DNA of 31,056 nucleotides from NCBI RefSeq assembly GCF_004010195.1, contig NC_057719.1, positions 22,250,896-22,281,951 on the forward strand. Reading direction: 5' to 3'. Below, piece by piece: positions 1 to 10,689 of this stretch. The first letter of the stretch is position 1. Each line of letters begins with the position of its first letter. A model generated the notes under the pieces. It was not told the DNA's origin. It did not search any database and worked only from the letters and a program-made list of their open reading frames with translations. Both the position numbers and the translations under genes were made by a program. Source of the stretch: Chiloscyllium plagiosum (Eukaryota).

Positions 1-1327
1 TTGAAGCAGGTTGCATCGGTAAAACTCACCTCGACATATTTATTGATGTTTGACTCACTTGACATCTAAAGCTGAAATTCTAATTTTAGTGATAAATAGG
101 AAAATATCTGACTGCCTTTCTCCAGAATTAATACCCTGCCAATGAAATTGCACTCTCAGAAATGATCAATTTCAAAGACACATATTCTATCAATTTTGTT
201 AGCAGATCATTAACTATGGGGAAATAAAACACAGCCTGTTTCTCATTGCAGGAGAAATCTCGCACCTTTTAGTCAGTAGCACCATTGAAACTTCTGTGCA
301 ATTTAAAGCAAGTACTTTCAATTCTTCTTACTTTGTTTAGAATGTAATCATTACAGCTCAGGTCACTTCATCAGAAATAATTCACAACTCATGACTATAA
401 CTGTCAGGATTAAAGGAGCAGAGATCTCTTTTTCAAAAAAGAGTTCATGTCAGTAAGAGTGGATGTTGTATAAAGATGTCTTTATCGCTGGAACATTCCT
501 GAACTATTCCAGATGTTGTTCAGAGCAAGTTAACATAGTAGTTAGAAAAATACACTTCTGATGATCTGCAAGACTTCTGCTCAGATTATTTAGAGCGTGC
601 AATAAATACACAAGGGTGCGTTCACAGAGGAACTGCAGTCCCTGACAGTGATTAAGTACTACAGCAATGACTGCCATATACGTTTTCTAGTTTGTGCATG
701 GATCAACAGCTTCTCTTTTTGCCAGCTTTTATATTGATTTCTACTCTTAGTTGGCACAGTACCATTTAGCTGGTAAAGAAATTGGTAAATGAAGGTTATG
801 AGATGCTTGAGCTCGGAACAGCAGCAGTGGCGAGGGTGACAAGTGAAGCAAAAACATAAGGCAAAATTGTAGGGTCAGAAACTTTAAACAATTTCTGACT
901 GATACCAACAAACGCCACTATGTCAGTTTCTATTGTAAAATCACTTGCTCCTTCTTTGAAATATGTTGGACTGAATTTTATAGACATCTGAATCGTGAGA
1001 CCAGAGCAAGGAGCCAAAGAAGAATCGGAGAGTTTCCAATCAGTGGGCAGTAGTCAGACCAGACTGGAGATTGACTGCTCGTTCGATGAAAGTGGACTGT
1101 TAAGTTGCATAAAGCAAGTTCTCATTTAAGGTTCACTAAGTGGGACCAGCAGTATTTTGCTGGCATTGGTGCACCTAACCCTGCCATATGGTGCCATCTT
1201 TGTGGAGGTGACCTCCCTGTGGTAGGTCAAGGATCCATGAGAAGCAGAGGTTCAGTAAAAGTACATCAGAATTTAGCTTGTTGCCCTTAGCTCTTCATCA
1301 GCTTTCATAATGCTTAATATCAAACAT

Positions 1328-1454
1328 TAAACAAAGAACTGTGGGTGCTGAAAATCCAAGACAAAATAGTAATTGCTGGAGAAACTCAGCAGGTCTGACA
1401 GCATCTGTGGACAGAAAGCAGAGTTAACATTTCAACTCCAGTGATTTCTTCAGG
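1328..1454 (-). mobile_element. Short PLE-derived element (family C) with degenerate hammerhead
   Basis: Similar to 7409-7535 and 19748-19996. Minus strand reads CTGAAGA...TGAAATGTT. Flanked by ATATCA(A/G)ACAT at 1317-1327 and 1455-1465. Confidence 0.65.
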
Positions 1455-1771
1455 ATATCAGACATGTTGACTGTGATGTGTCCATGCCTGAAGAGGGAGT
1501 TAAGTCCTGCCCACGTGCGGATGAAAGGATTCCAAACATTAAAACTGTGCAGTTTTCTCGAAACAAAGGATCCAACAAATACGTCACAGCACGTGGACAT
1601 TGTGAAATAGAAATTAGTTGTTGTGTCCAGCAGTCCTTGTCAGCATTTAACTCCATGAAAGTGCCTAGTTTCGTTCTCTCTTTCTTCCTTACCGATATCC
1701 TTCCTGTCATTTCTGATGATTTGTTAGTTGTTAGCTGATACTCAGTGTTCAAGATTTAAATGTAAAATGTC

Positions 1772-1913
1772 AAAAATCACACAACATCAGCTAAATGATG
1801 AAGGAGCAGTGCTCTAAAAGCTAATACTTCCAAATAAACCTGTTGGACTATAATCTGGTATTGTGTGATTTTTAGCTTTGTCCACCCCAGTCCAACAATG
1901 GCACCTCCACATC
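1772..1913 (+). mobile_element. Short fold-back PLE-derived element (family B), internally deleted
   Basis: AAAAATCACACAA is inverted as TTGTGTGATTTTT. Degenerate hammerhead TGATGAAGGAGCAGTGCTCTAAAAGCT. Perfect 12-bp TSD ATGTAAAATGTC at 1760-1771 and 1914-1925. Confidence 0.75.
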
Positions 1914-2049
1914 ATGTAAAATGTCCACAAAGTATAGCACAAATTGTATTCACCACATGTCTTATCATATTTCAATGAGGAAAATTGATTAGCTCCTCTG
2001 GTTTGTCAAATGACTTCTGTATCATTTGTTTCAATTCAACACTTTCAAT

Positions 2050-2355
2050 GTGGCCACACTTATTTGGTCACAGCCTCATGCCTGAATCACAAGCTTGCAG
2101 ATGCAAATTCCATTCCAAGACTTGAACTTGAAAAGCCCAGGCTGATACTCCAGTATAGCATTATACCACCAGAGGAGTAGTCTTTCAGATGGGACTTTAA
2201 ACCAAGGTCCCATTCCCATTGCTCAGGTGGATGTGAAGTAAATCCAATGGCCCTGTTCAAATACAAATAGGAGAGGTTTCCCCAGTTTCCTGGCCAACAC
2301 CTATCTATCCATCCATCAACATCATCTGAACAGATTATTTAATCATTATTAAATT
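2050..2355 (+). mobile_element. Degenerate DeuSINE (SacSINE1/AmnSINE-like)
   Basis: Deu-domain-like string CTTTCAGATGGGACTTTAAACCAAGGTCCC...CTCAGGTGGATGT...CCTGGCCAAC...CAACATCA...AACAGATTAT. Recognised from memory; boundaries approximate. Confidence 0.55.
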
Positions 2356-2707
2356 GATAACCACCTTTGTATGAATGGAAATGAATTGAATTGAAATATT
2401 GCTGAAATGTTAGTCTGTGATGCTGAAGAAGCAGAAACAATGAATCATAATCAAATCATCATGAAGGGATTAATTTGAAGAATTCAAAACTCTGGGTGTC
2501 ATGAAGTTGTTAGACATTCCTGCCAACAGCATAGGAAAACCAATTGAAGAATGTCTGTAGTAAGCCATAGGACCGGACTGGTACTCCTGATTAGCTCCAT
2601 TTGTGCACACCTGTCTTATCATCATGCCAGTCAATCAGAATGGAGGTAGGCCACACTAGAATGCAAACTCATAAGCAGGCTGGCAGCAATGGATGACTGT
2701 GCTACAA

Positions 2708-3630
2708 AATCACAAAATCACAGAATTGTTATGGCATTGAAGGAGACCATTTGGCCCATCATACCTGTCCTGGTTCGATCACCTATTGCTAATTTCCTAA
2801 CTTCTGCCCATATCCCTACATACTATTTCTATCCACCAATCATCCAATGCCCTCTTGAATGCCTCATTTGAACCTCCTTCCACCACATTTCCAGGCAATG
2901 CATTCCCACAGCTACTCACTGTGTAACAGCCAATAAAAGACAAACAGAAATTTCATGACCACAGAGATTACTTCATCTATTGTTTGGCCTATTTCATGTC
3001 ATCACGTTTAATTCAATGCTTGATTTTTCCAAAACACATTGATACGTTTTTGATTTTCACATCACCCTTGCTTCTTTAGCACATCACATTATATTTCTTT
3101 TTTTTTCTTCTTTTTTTCTTTTTCTTTTCTTTTTCCCCTTTCTTTTTTAACCCCCACACTACCACCTAAGTGCGGTAGTGCTTATTTTATCCCCAGCACC
3201 CATGGTGTGTGTGTGCAGGTGTGAGACACAGTGAAAGACACAAAGTGCACCAATCTTTATTCAATTTCCACCACCAGGAAGATAGGAAAACACCTGGGTG
3301 GCCAGTGACAAACACTGCCTTCACATCAGAGGGCAGTGCTGTGTGATCAAAACAGTGAAGGGGAGGGTAGGGACTCACATCACATTATATCTGTGCCCTC
3401 TTGTCCTTTTCCCTGTTGCGAGTAGGAACAGTTTCTCCTGGCTACACTGACAGTCCACTTATGGTTTTGAGGACTGCTATCAAATCTCCCCTCAGCTATT
3501 TTCTCTCCAAGGAGAGCTGTCCCAACATCTTCAATCTATCTTTGTAACAGAAGTTCTTCATTTCTGGAACCATTCTTGTAAATCCCTCTGCCCATTTCGA
3601 TTCAAACTGAGCCACAGTATCTTCTGCATG
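2708..3630 (-). mobile_element. Old CR1 LINE 3' fragment, interrupted
   Basis: Short tandem tail (ATCACAAAATCACAGAAT) followed by CCATTTGGCCCATC. Antisense RT C-terminal motifs AAATCTCCCCTCAG and CCATTCTTGTAAATC resemble 10730-10840. Confidence 0.6.
3095..3375 (-). mobile_element. 5'-truncated retroposed 3' end with A-rich tail (L1/Tx1-like TPRT product)
   Basis: Perfect 15-bp TSD CACATCACATTATAT at 3080-3094 and 3376-3390. T-rich tract 3095-3148 is the tail on the minus strand. AATAAA on minus at about 3256-3261 and a hairpin at 3157-3180. Confidence 0.75.
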
Positions 3631-4666
3631 ATTAGCAGTGAGGAGAATATGACAGTTAAGGCTACAATTATAGATATCAGACTACAAAATAGTCTCACAT
3701 AAGTATTTATCAAGAGATGATGAAACTAAACTGTTTTACTGTATTCTACCAGATCACTCTTTAATGTTTAAAGATGGAACATGTAATAGTGGAAAATGAT
3801 GCAAAGAACATGTTGCTCTGATCCAACATGGATGATACTGAATAGGCTGCTGCTTTTTGAGATAGGAAAATACAAGAAGCCAAGATGCTTTGTAAACATT
3901 GGGACACTACCCATGCAGTTTGGGGCTAACAAAGGCAGCTGGACAACCTCCAGCACTTTTGGCGTGTGGATCAGGAAATTGGATAAAATTTATTTTCTTT
4001 ACAAAGAAAAAGAAGATTATCACCCTTCATAACGTTAAAGAATCTAATGAATGTCTGCTCACTCACCTCCCTATTTCCCTAGCTGAAGACATAAAGATGC
4101 TTTGGGACTTTTCATTGCAGCATAAGAACATGGAAAATATGCACTGTTGTGATGCTGGATTGCGCTGTAGCTGTTGAAAGACAGCATGCTAAACAGAAAA
4201 ATATAAATGGATATTTCCAGCATGACCTGCCAATGATATTCACTAACTTTTATAGTAAAAGGTCAGGCCTTTGAGGTGTGGACAAATTGAAAGGCAAAGA
4301 CATTTTTTTCTCTCGTTGCAAATTTCTCTTCTCTAGAGTTAGCAAGGGGGATGTATCAGCATTGGAGCGATACTCACCTATTAGTCAGGTTGTTAGTGGC
4401 TTTAAATGCCCCAATCTGGAGGCAATCAGTGGCACAGATTGTGGGCAAAGGGATGGCCTGTCAATGTCACTACCTTGGCTCTGATACCTTTCTAAAACGC
4501 CTTTCCCCACAACCCCCACCTCTGTATAAAATACATTGACCTTCTCATTGCTGGATTTCACAAAAGTAGGCCTGAACAGCAAACATTGTGATCCAGAAAT
4601 TACCTGCTAATAATGGACAGTAGCTTTTGGTGATACAGGTTGCTATTATCAAGCTCTGTGATTCAT

Positions 4667-5411
4667 CAGTGTAGTGTAAAGACAACAATTTCACCCTCAA
4701 TGTCAGCAAAATGAAGGAGCTGGTCATCAACTTCAGGAAGTGGTGTGGATGACGTGCATCTGTCTGTAACAATGGTGCTGATGTGGAGGTGGTCAAGAGC
4801 TTCAAGTTTCAGGGAGTAAATATCACCAACAATCTGTCCTGGTCCATTCACATCAAAACTACAGTCAAGAAAGTACACCTGTTAGGGTTAAGGAAACTCA
4901 GTATGTCTGCAATGACTCTCACCAATTTTGTGGGTGCAGTGTTGAAAGCATCCCATCTAGATGCATCTCAGTTGGTATGGCAACGGCTCTGCCCAAGACC
5001 ACAAGAAATTAGAGAAAGTTGTGAACGCAGCCCTATCTATCGCGAAAACGAGTATTCCTTCCATTGACTCCATCTACACTTATCCCTGCTGCAGGAAAGT
5101 ACCCAACATAATCAAAGACCATTCCCTGATTATGTTCTCTTCCACCCTCTTCCATTGAATAGAAGATACAAAAGCTTGAGAACACATACAGATAATTTCA
5201 GGAACAGCTTCTTCACCGCTGTTATCAAATTTATGAATGGATCTCTCTGATGAGAGTTGATCTTTCTCTGCATCTTCTCTGTATTCTGCATTCTGTTCTA
5301 TTACCCTAATGTGCTTATGTAAGGGATTATTTGTCAGGTTAGCATGTAAAACAATACTTTTCACTGCATCTCAGTACATGTGACAAAAATAAATCAAATC
5401 AAACCAAATCA
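4667..5411 (+). mobile_element. Rex1/Babar-type (or L2-group) LINE 3' end
   Basis: Translates to CKDNNFTLNVSKMKELVINFRK and VEVVKSFKFQGVNITNNLSWS, typical of the region after the RT core. Ends in an AATAAATCAAATCAAACCAAATCA tail. Confidence 0.75.
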
Positions 5412-6799
5412 TTGAGAAACCCATTGTCTATCTCCTCTTATTAGGTTAGTTGGTGGTTGATTGGATGAGTGATTTCAGTGATGGGATTGGCATGCTAATC
5501 ACCACCTGACACATTCATAACCATGCTTACAAAATGCAAACATTTTGCCAACATATTTACTGCACTTCAGTGTTTCTTTTTTTTTGCTTTGAGCATGTTT
5601 GTAGGCAAAACCGGTTTTATTGGAGCATCCTTTTGCTTTCTTGAAACTCAGTTTAACACAAATTTGTGGGCATGTCCCCTGCAACTCAACTCATCCTGAT
5701 TGTACTGTGTGACAAAAAAATCTCAGAGTTAGTTTGTAAAGCTGCAATGAGTTTCCTCCGGCTCCAGTTTATTTAAACAGATTTAACTGTTCTTTATTGT
5801 TTAACTCATGTCTATTAAATTTGATATATAAAGCTCAGAGGCTATATCTTTCTCTAAGTGTAATATTACTGTCAGTGCTCATGGGAGATTTATTCTCAAA
5901 TTTTCCCATTATTTCACAGCAACATCTACACGACCATGTGATATTGCACCAACTCAACTTTAGATCATGGAATTAAAATAATAGTCAACACTTCCTTGTG
6001 ATTTTTGACATGTATAAGGACTGTTTTAGACAAAGGTCAAATTAGTTTTAGAAATTTCACATGATTATGAAAATATTTCAAGAAGCACTCCTGGCAATAA
6101 TAGTCAAACGGGATGAGTTTACAGTGTGGCATTGGAAAATTTGGAGAAAAGCAAGAGTGAGTTGATGAATCTGGGCGTTAGAGGAAAAAAAACCTCTAAC
6201 AAACTTCACATTTTGTTCTTACTTTATTTGATCACTATATTGTAAATAGCAGACACCCACTTTTTGTCTTTTTTCTCAGTTTGCATGAGAATTCAAGTGC
6301 CATTTGACTAAGAATGCTGAGAAGTCCTCAGAGGGATTGTACAGATACAATCATTCCACACGGCACCTGAAAAGGGCCTATATGTACACTGCTGGGTCTT
6401 GAGATGCTGTTTGTTTCTAGCAATAGGATATTTTGATCAAATCTAGGTCTTGTGCTCTGCTGGATGGTTTTGATCATACGAGGAGACCATGAAGGAATTT
6501 ACCATGTGTTTTTTTTTCTATTCTGTCTTTGGTCTTGATTTATTTTACTTATTTCAGATTACATCGCTGTGGTAAGGGGGTGGGAGGCAGGGAATAGATA
6601 TCTGGTCAAGATGTTCTGAGCCATGACAAACGTTTGTAGGTTATTTGCTTGTCCATCAATTCCATATGATCATTATTGCAGAATGAACCACTTGCTATTT
6701 TAACACTTAGTTGTGGTGTGGAAGGTGGGTGGGCATGGGAATGGGTATTGGGAGCATTGGAAGAGGGACATGAATATGGATACTTCATCCTATTTTATG

Positions 6800-6937
6800 C
6801 TGTGGAGGTGTTGGATTTGGACTTGGGTGGACAATGTCAAAAGTCACACAACACCAGGTTATAGTCCAACAGCGATCCAAAAGCTTGTGATTTCAAATAA
6901 ACCTGTTGGACTATAATCTGGTGTTGTGTGACTTCTG
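6800..6937 (-). mobile_element. Short fold-back PLE-derived element (family B)
   Basis: Arms AAGTCACACAACACCAGGTTATAGTCCAACAG and CTGTTGGACTATAATCTGGTGTTGTGTGACTT. Perfect 13-bp TSD ATCCTATTTTATG at 6787-6799 and 6938-6950. Confidence 0.8.
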
Positions 6938-7009
6938 ATCCTATTTTATGGGTAATGCAATTCAACATTGAGGTTTGTAAGCTTTTGTTTGTGTCACTAT
7001 CAGATTCTA

Positions 7010-7265
7010 TGGAACAAAGTGGAGTATTGGAGTTAAGATGGAAATTAGCTACGATATAATTGAACGATATTTTACACACTGCAAGTACGAATCTGCAGCT
7101 TACAAATCGTGACCACAAACCTAACAAAGGGTTACACCTGAAACGTTGACTTCTCTACCTCCTGATACCGTCTGGCTTGCTGTGTTTGTCCGGCCTTCTG
7201 CCTATCTACTTACGATACAATTGAATTAAATGGCAGAACGGCCTACTTCTGTTTCTATGTTCCTA
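7010..7265 (+). mobile_element. CR1-type 3' tail fragment split by a PLE-derived insertion
   Basis: AATGGCAGAACGGCCTACTTCTGTTTCTATGTTCCTA resembles the CR1 tail at 23680-23750. Confidence 0.5.
7065..7210 (+). mobile_element. Short PLE-derived element (family E) with degenerate hammerhead
   Basis: CTAACAAAGGGTTACACCTGAAACGTTG fits a decayed CTGANGA-stem-GAAA core. 15-bp TSD TACGATA(T/C)AATTGAA at 7050-7064 and 7211-7225. Confidence 0.6.
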
Positions 7266-7408
7266 CTGCTGAATTGGCCACTGGAACACAAGCAGCACTA
7301 TCGATCCCAATAAAAATAATATTAATTGCTGCCACGCAATGTTTCTTCCCATCCCCTCTACCACCCAACCCTCCAAAGACATAAAATAAGAAAACAGAAC
7401 TAACTTAT

Positions 7409-7535
7409 TCAAAGAAGACTCATGGGACATGGAACATTAACTCTGTTTCTCTCTCCACAAATGCTGGTAGATTTGTTGAGTTTTTCCTCCACTTTCTGTT
7501 TATATCTCAGATCTCCAGCATCCACAGTACATTTC
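7409..7535 (+). mobile_element. Short PLE-derived element (family C), decayed
   Basis: Reverse-complement homologue of 1328-1454 and similar to the right arm at 19895-19992. Confidence 0.55.
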
Positions 7536-8050
7536 TTCCAATAAGGATGTACCTTGCTACTATCTCTCAAGGAAATGTCTGCCTTAGCCACCCACATGTT
7601 TGACTAAATTCTGCTTCCAAAGTTGGTGGGTTTGCCCTCTGCACCCACATCTCAGCATGACGATCACATGGTTTAGGCTACTTTTCACTGAACTGTGCAC
7701 GGTGGACTGGGAAATTTCCTACCTCACGTTGCTCACCTCAGTAACAAAGATCCAGCCCTATCTGTCACTGTTAAAAGAAGGTCCCCTCCATATGGTGCAG
7801 TATGCCTCCTAGCTGTATTTAGGTAACGTTCTAGCCTCAAAATAGGTCTGGCCTCTTCAATTCCTGCACAGGACACAGCCACATGAAACTTTAAAATTGA
7901 AAAAATATGACTAGACTTAATGTAGCACAATATGAATCACTTCTTCTTTAAAGTTGTTATGGTCTCTACATAGACCTTGGATTTCCCCTTTAAGCCATAT
8001 GGTTTATTGCTTGCTTGATGCTATCTTGGATTTTTCCATCCCTTACACGT

Positions 8051-8310
8051 CATTGAGGTGTGTACAAAGGCAGTTTCAATCATTTTGCAGCTACATTATA
8101 TGTTAATGACTATTTTCAGACAGTTTGCCGCCTTCACCTCTGCTTTCATTGTCACATGCTTTAGTTCACAATGTTACTCAAAACTTATTTTAGTAACAAG
8201 CAGATGTCAAGCATATTATGACCAAATTCCCCTTATTCCATGGTTGTACATTGTTTCATGCAGCTGTTACATTAAAGTACCTGAAAAAGGACTCATTACT
8301 GGCTTGAGAT
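8051..8310. repeat. Copy 1 of an old ~260-bp direct duplication
   Basis: Aligns by eye to 9417-9532 joined to 13067-13240, e.g. CATTGAGGTGTGTACAAAGGCA vs CATTGAGATGTGTATAAAGGCA, and TTGTTTCATGCAGCTGTTACATTAAA vs TTGTTTCATGCAGCTATTACATTAAA. Confidence 0.75.
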
Positions 8311-9899
8311 GCCCTAGAGAATATCAGTTTAAGAGTTGGATATTGGTCGGTATTTTTGCAGAGCCTGGGAGACTTCATGGAAACTTTAGAAATGATGGGC
8401 AGTACCCAGATGCAGAACTCCCACCCTGATTTCCAACAGATCCTGTTTTTGCTGAGGGCCGAAAGGGATCAGGGTATGAATTTCACAGATTGGAAACCTA
8501 AATTCAGCAGGGACATGTGAAGTAAGTGCTGCGTTCAAACAGATCCTATTTTGGTGATTAAAGGGCCTCAACTTGCATATGGGTGTCAACAATTAATGGA
8601 GTAAACGTAAATGCTTTTGAAGATTGGATAAGTCTGTCATGATTTCAAGTTTTCCTTCTACCCCCTGCATTATAAACCATACTTAAAAAAGAGCTGAAGC
8701 TGTCAATGAGAGTTTAAAAATGAACTGCTTGACTGCTTCAGTAGACAGGGTCATCTACTGCAGGTTAGCAATTAGTAATGGAATCAGACCACAGTTCCTT
8801 GCGAACATTTCCTTTCAGGTTATTATTATATCATTTTCAATGAGTTTCAAAAGCTACAATTATCTCTGCAAGTGGTTCTGAGTTCACAGTGTGATTGACA
8901 GTTTAAAAAGGCTATTAAAGGCTTACTTGTCTTTGCTGTGGGTTTGACTGAAATTTGTTTGTTTTTGATAGCGATTGACCAGTTGAGATTTGCATATTTT
9001 GGATGGGCTGTATGGATAATTCCTTTCCTCTTTATTGAACATATACACGTGAGAACTATTATCAGATTGTTCGACTTACAATTTTTCATCTCCACATGCC
9101 TTCTGTGGTCTGCCCATGGTAGATTCTAGGTAAGTTGCCTGAGAGAATGGGTGGCATGAGTTGGCATTGAGTTGCTTTGGTGGTTATATGGGGTAATTGG
9201 GAGACTGGTAGCAAGTGTTGACATTGAGTTGGCTTGGAGAGTTTGAGGGGTCATGTGGTGGATGACAACACAAGGTATGAGGATTAGAGAGCCTAACAAT
9301 TAGTGAAACAGCTGTAATAAAGTCTTGGAGCACTGAGACAGACCTACTAATGAGCCTACCTTGGTTACCTCCATCGCAAGCCCATCTCTGTTCCAAAAGT
9401 TGGTGGGCTTGAAAATCATTGAGATGTGTATAAAGGCATTTTCAATCCCTTTTATTTTCATTTGGCTTGTGGTCTTCAACTTTCTGTTTTTATTGTCACC
9501 TCAGTTTAATTGTCTGTGTTAATCGAAACTTATAGAGCCATAGAGTCATACAGATGTACAGCAAGGAAACAGACCCTTTGGTCAAACCTGTGCATGCCGA
9601 CCAGATGTCCCAACCCAATCGTCCTACCTGCCAGCACCCGGCCCATATCCATCCAAATCCTTGCTATTCATATACTCATCCAAATGCCTCTTAAATGTTG
9701 CAATTGTACCAGCCTCCACCACATCCTCTGGCAGCTCATTCCATAAACGTATCACCCTCTTTGTAAAAAAAGTTGCCTCTTAGGTCTCTTTTATATCTTT
9801 CCCCTCTCACCTTAAACCTATGCCGTCTAGTTCTGGATTCCACCACCCCAGGGAAAAGACTTTGCTGTGGTTCTGTTCGCCGAGCTGGAAGTTTTTGTT

Positions 9900-9939
9900 G
9901 CAAACGTTTCGTCCCCTGTCTAGGTGACATCCTCAGTGC
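9900..9939 (-). ncRNA. Minimal type I hammerhead ribozyme motif
   Basis: Exact inverted copy of 10560-10599. Confidence 0.8.
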
Positions 9940-10325
9940 TTGGGAGCCTCTTGTGAAGTGCTTCTGTGGTGTTTCCTCCGGCATTTATAGTAGCCTGTCC
10001 CTGCCGCTTCCGGTTGTCAGTTTCAGCTGTCTGCTGTAGTGGCCGGTATATTGGGTCTAGGTCTATGTGTTTGTTGATGGAGTTTGTGGATGAGTGCCAT
10101 GCTTCTAGGAATTCCCTGGCTGTTCTTTGTTTCGCTTGCCCTATAATGGTAGTGTTGTCCCAGTCAAATTCATGTTGCTTGTCGGTCTGCGTGTGTGGCT
10201 ACTAGGGATAGCTGGTCGTGTTGTTTCGTGGCTAGTTGATGTTCGTGGATGCGGATCATTAGCTGTCTTCCTGTTTGTCCTATATAGTGTTTTGTGCAGT
10301 CCTTGCATGGGATTTTGTACACTAC
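9920..10325 (-). pseudogene. PLE GIY-YIG endonuclease C-terminal domain remnant (one frameshift)
   Basis: Reads VVYKIPCKDCTKHYIGQTGRQLMIRIHEH...ATHAD/DKQHEFDWDNTTIIGQAKQRTAREFLEAWHSSTNSIN. Contains the VY and YIG motifs with CxxC between them, plus the conserved R, E and N. Confidence 0.9.
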
Positions 10326-10559
10326 ATGAATTTGACTGGGACAACACTATCATTATAGGGCAAGCGAAACAAAGAACAGCCAGGGAATTCCTAGAAGCAT
10401 GGCACTCATCCACAAACTCCATCAACAAACACATAGACCTGGACCCAATATACCGGCCACTACAGTGGACAGCTGAAACTGACAACCGGAAGCGGCAGGG
10501 ACAGGCCACTATAAATGCCGGAGGAAACACCACAGAAGCGCTTCACGGGAGGCTCCCAA

Positions 10560-10599
10560 GCACTGAGGATGTCACCTAGACAGGGGACGAAACGTTTGC
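10560..10599 (+). ncRNA. Minimal type I hammerhead ribozyme motif
   Basis: GCA-CTGAGGA-T-GTCACCT-AGAC-AGGGGAC-GAAA-C-GTT-TGC: stem I GCA/TGC, CUGANGA core, stem II, GAAA, self-complementary AAACGTTT stem III and a GUU site. Confidence 0.8.
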
Positions 10600-10689
10600 A
10601 ACAAAAACTTCCAGCTCGGCGAACAGAACCACAGCAACGCGCACCCGAGCTACAAATCTTCTCACAAACTTGGAAAAGACTTTGTCTAT

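Larger units (their letters stand above)
9862..10671. mobile_element. Fold-back Penelope-like element (Penelope/Poseidon-type 3' end in inverted arrangement)
   Basis: 314-bp inverted arms at 9862-10175 and 10324-10637, a 34-nt tail at 10638-10671, and TSD GGAAAAGACTTT(G) at 9852-9863 and 10672-10683. GIY-YIG remnant and two hammerhead motifs. Confidence 0.92.

Noticed and set aside
540..625. Resemblance of DLQDFCSDYLERAI to a shark NLR N-terminal domain
   Set aside because: Short match flanked by stops, with no NACHT exon in the window.
978..1096. Minus-strand terminal exon ending SPILLWLLALVSRFRCL*, resembling a GPI signal
   Set aside because: Weak acceptor, no recognisable protein, and no supporting upstream exons.
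8380..9416. Old non-autonomous DNA transposon (similar impression at about 20480-21240 and 27590-28080)
   Set aside because: Could not define terminal inverted repeats or TSDs by eye, so left unannotated.
10127..10579. 150-aa plus-strand ORF and the overlapping 130-aa minus-strand ORF as genes
   Set aside because: Chimeric products of the palindrome. Only the part from HEFDWD onward is real PLE coding sequence.
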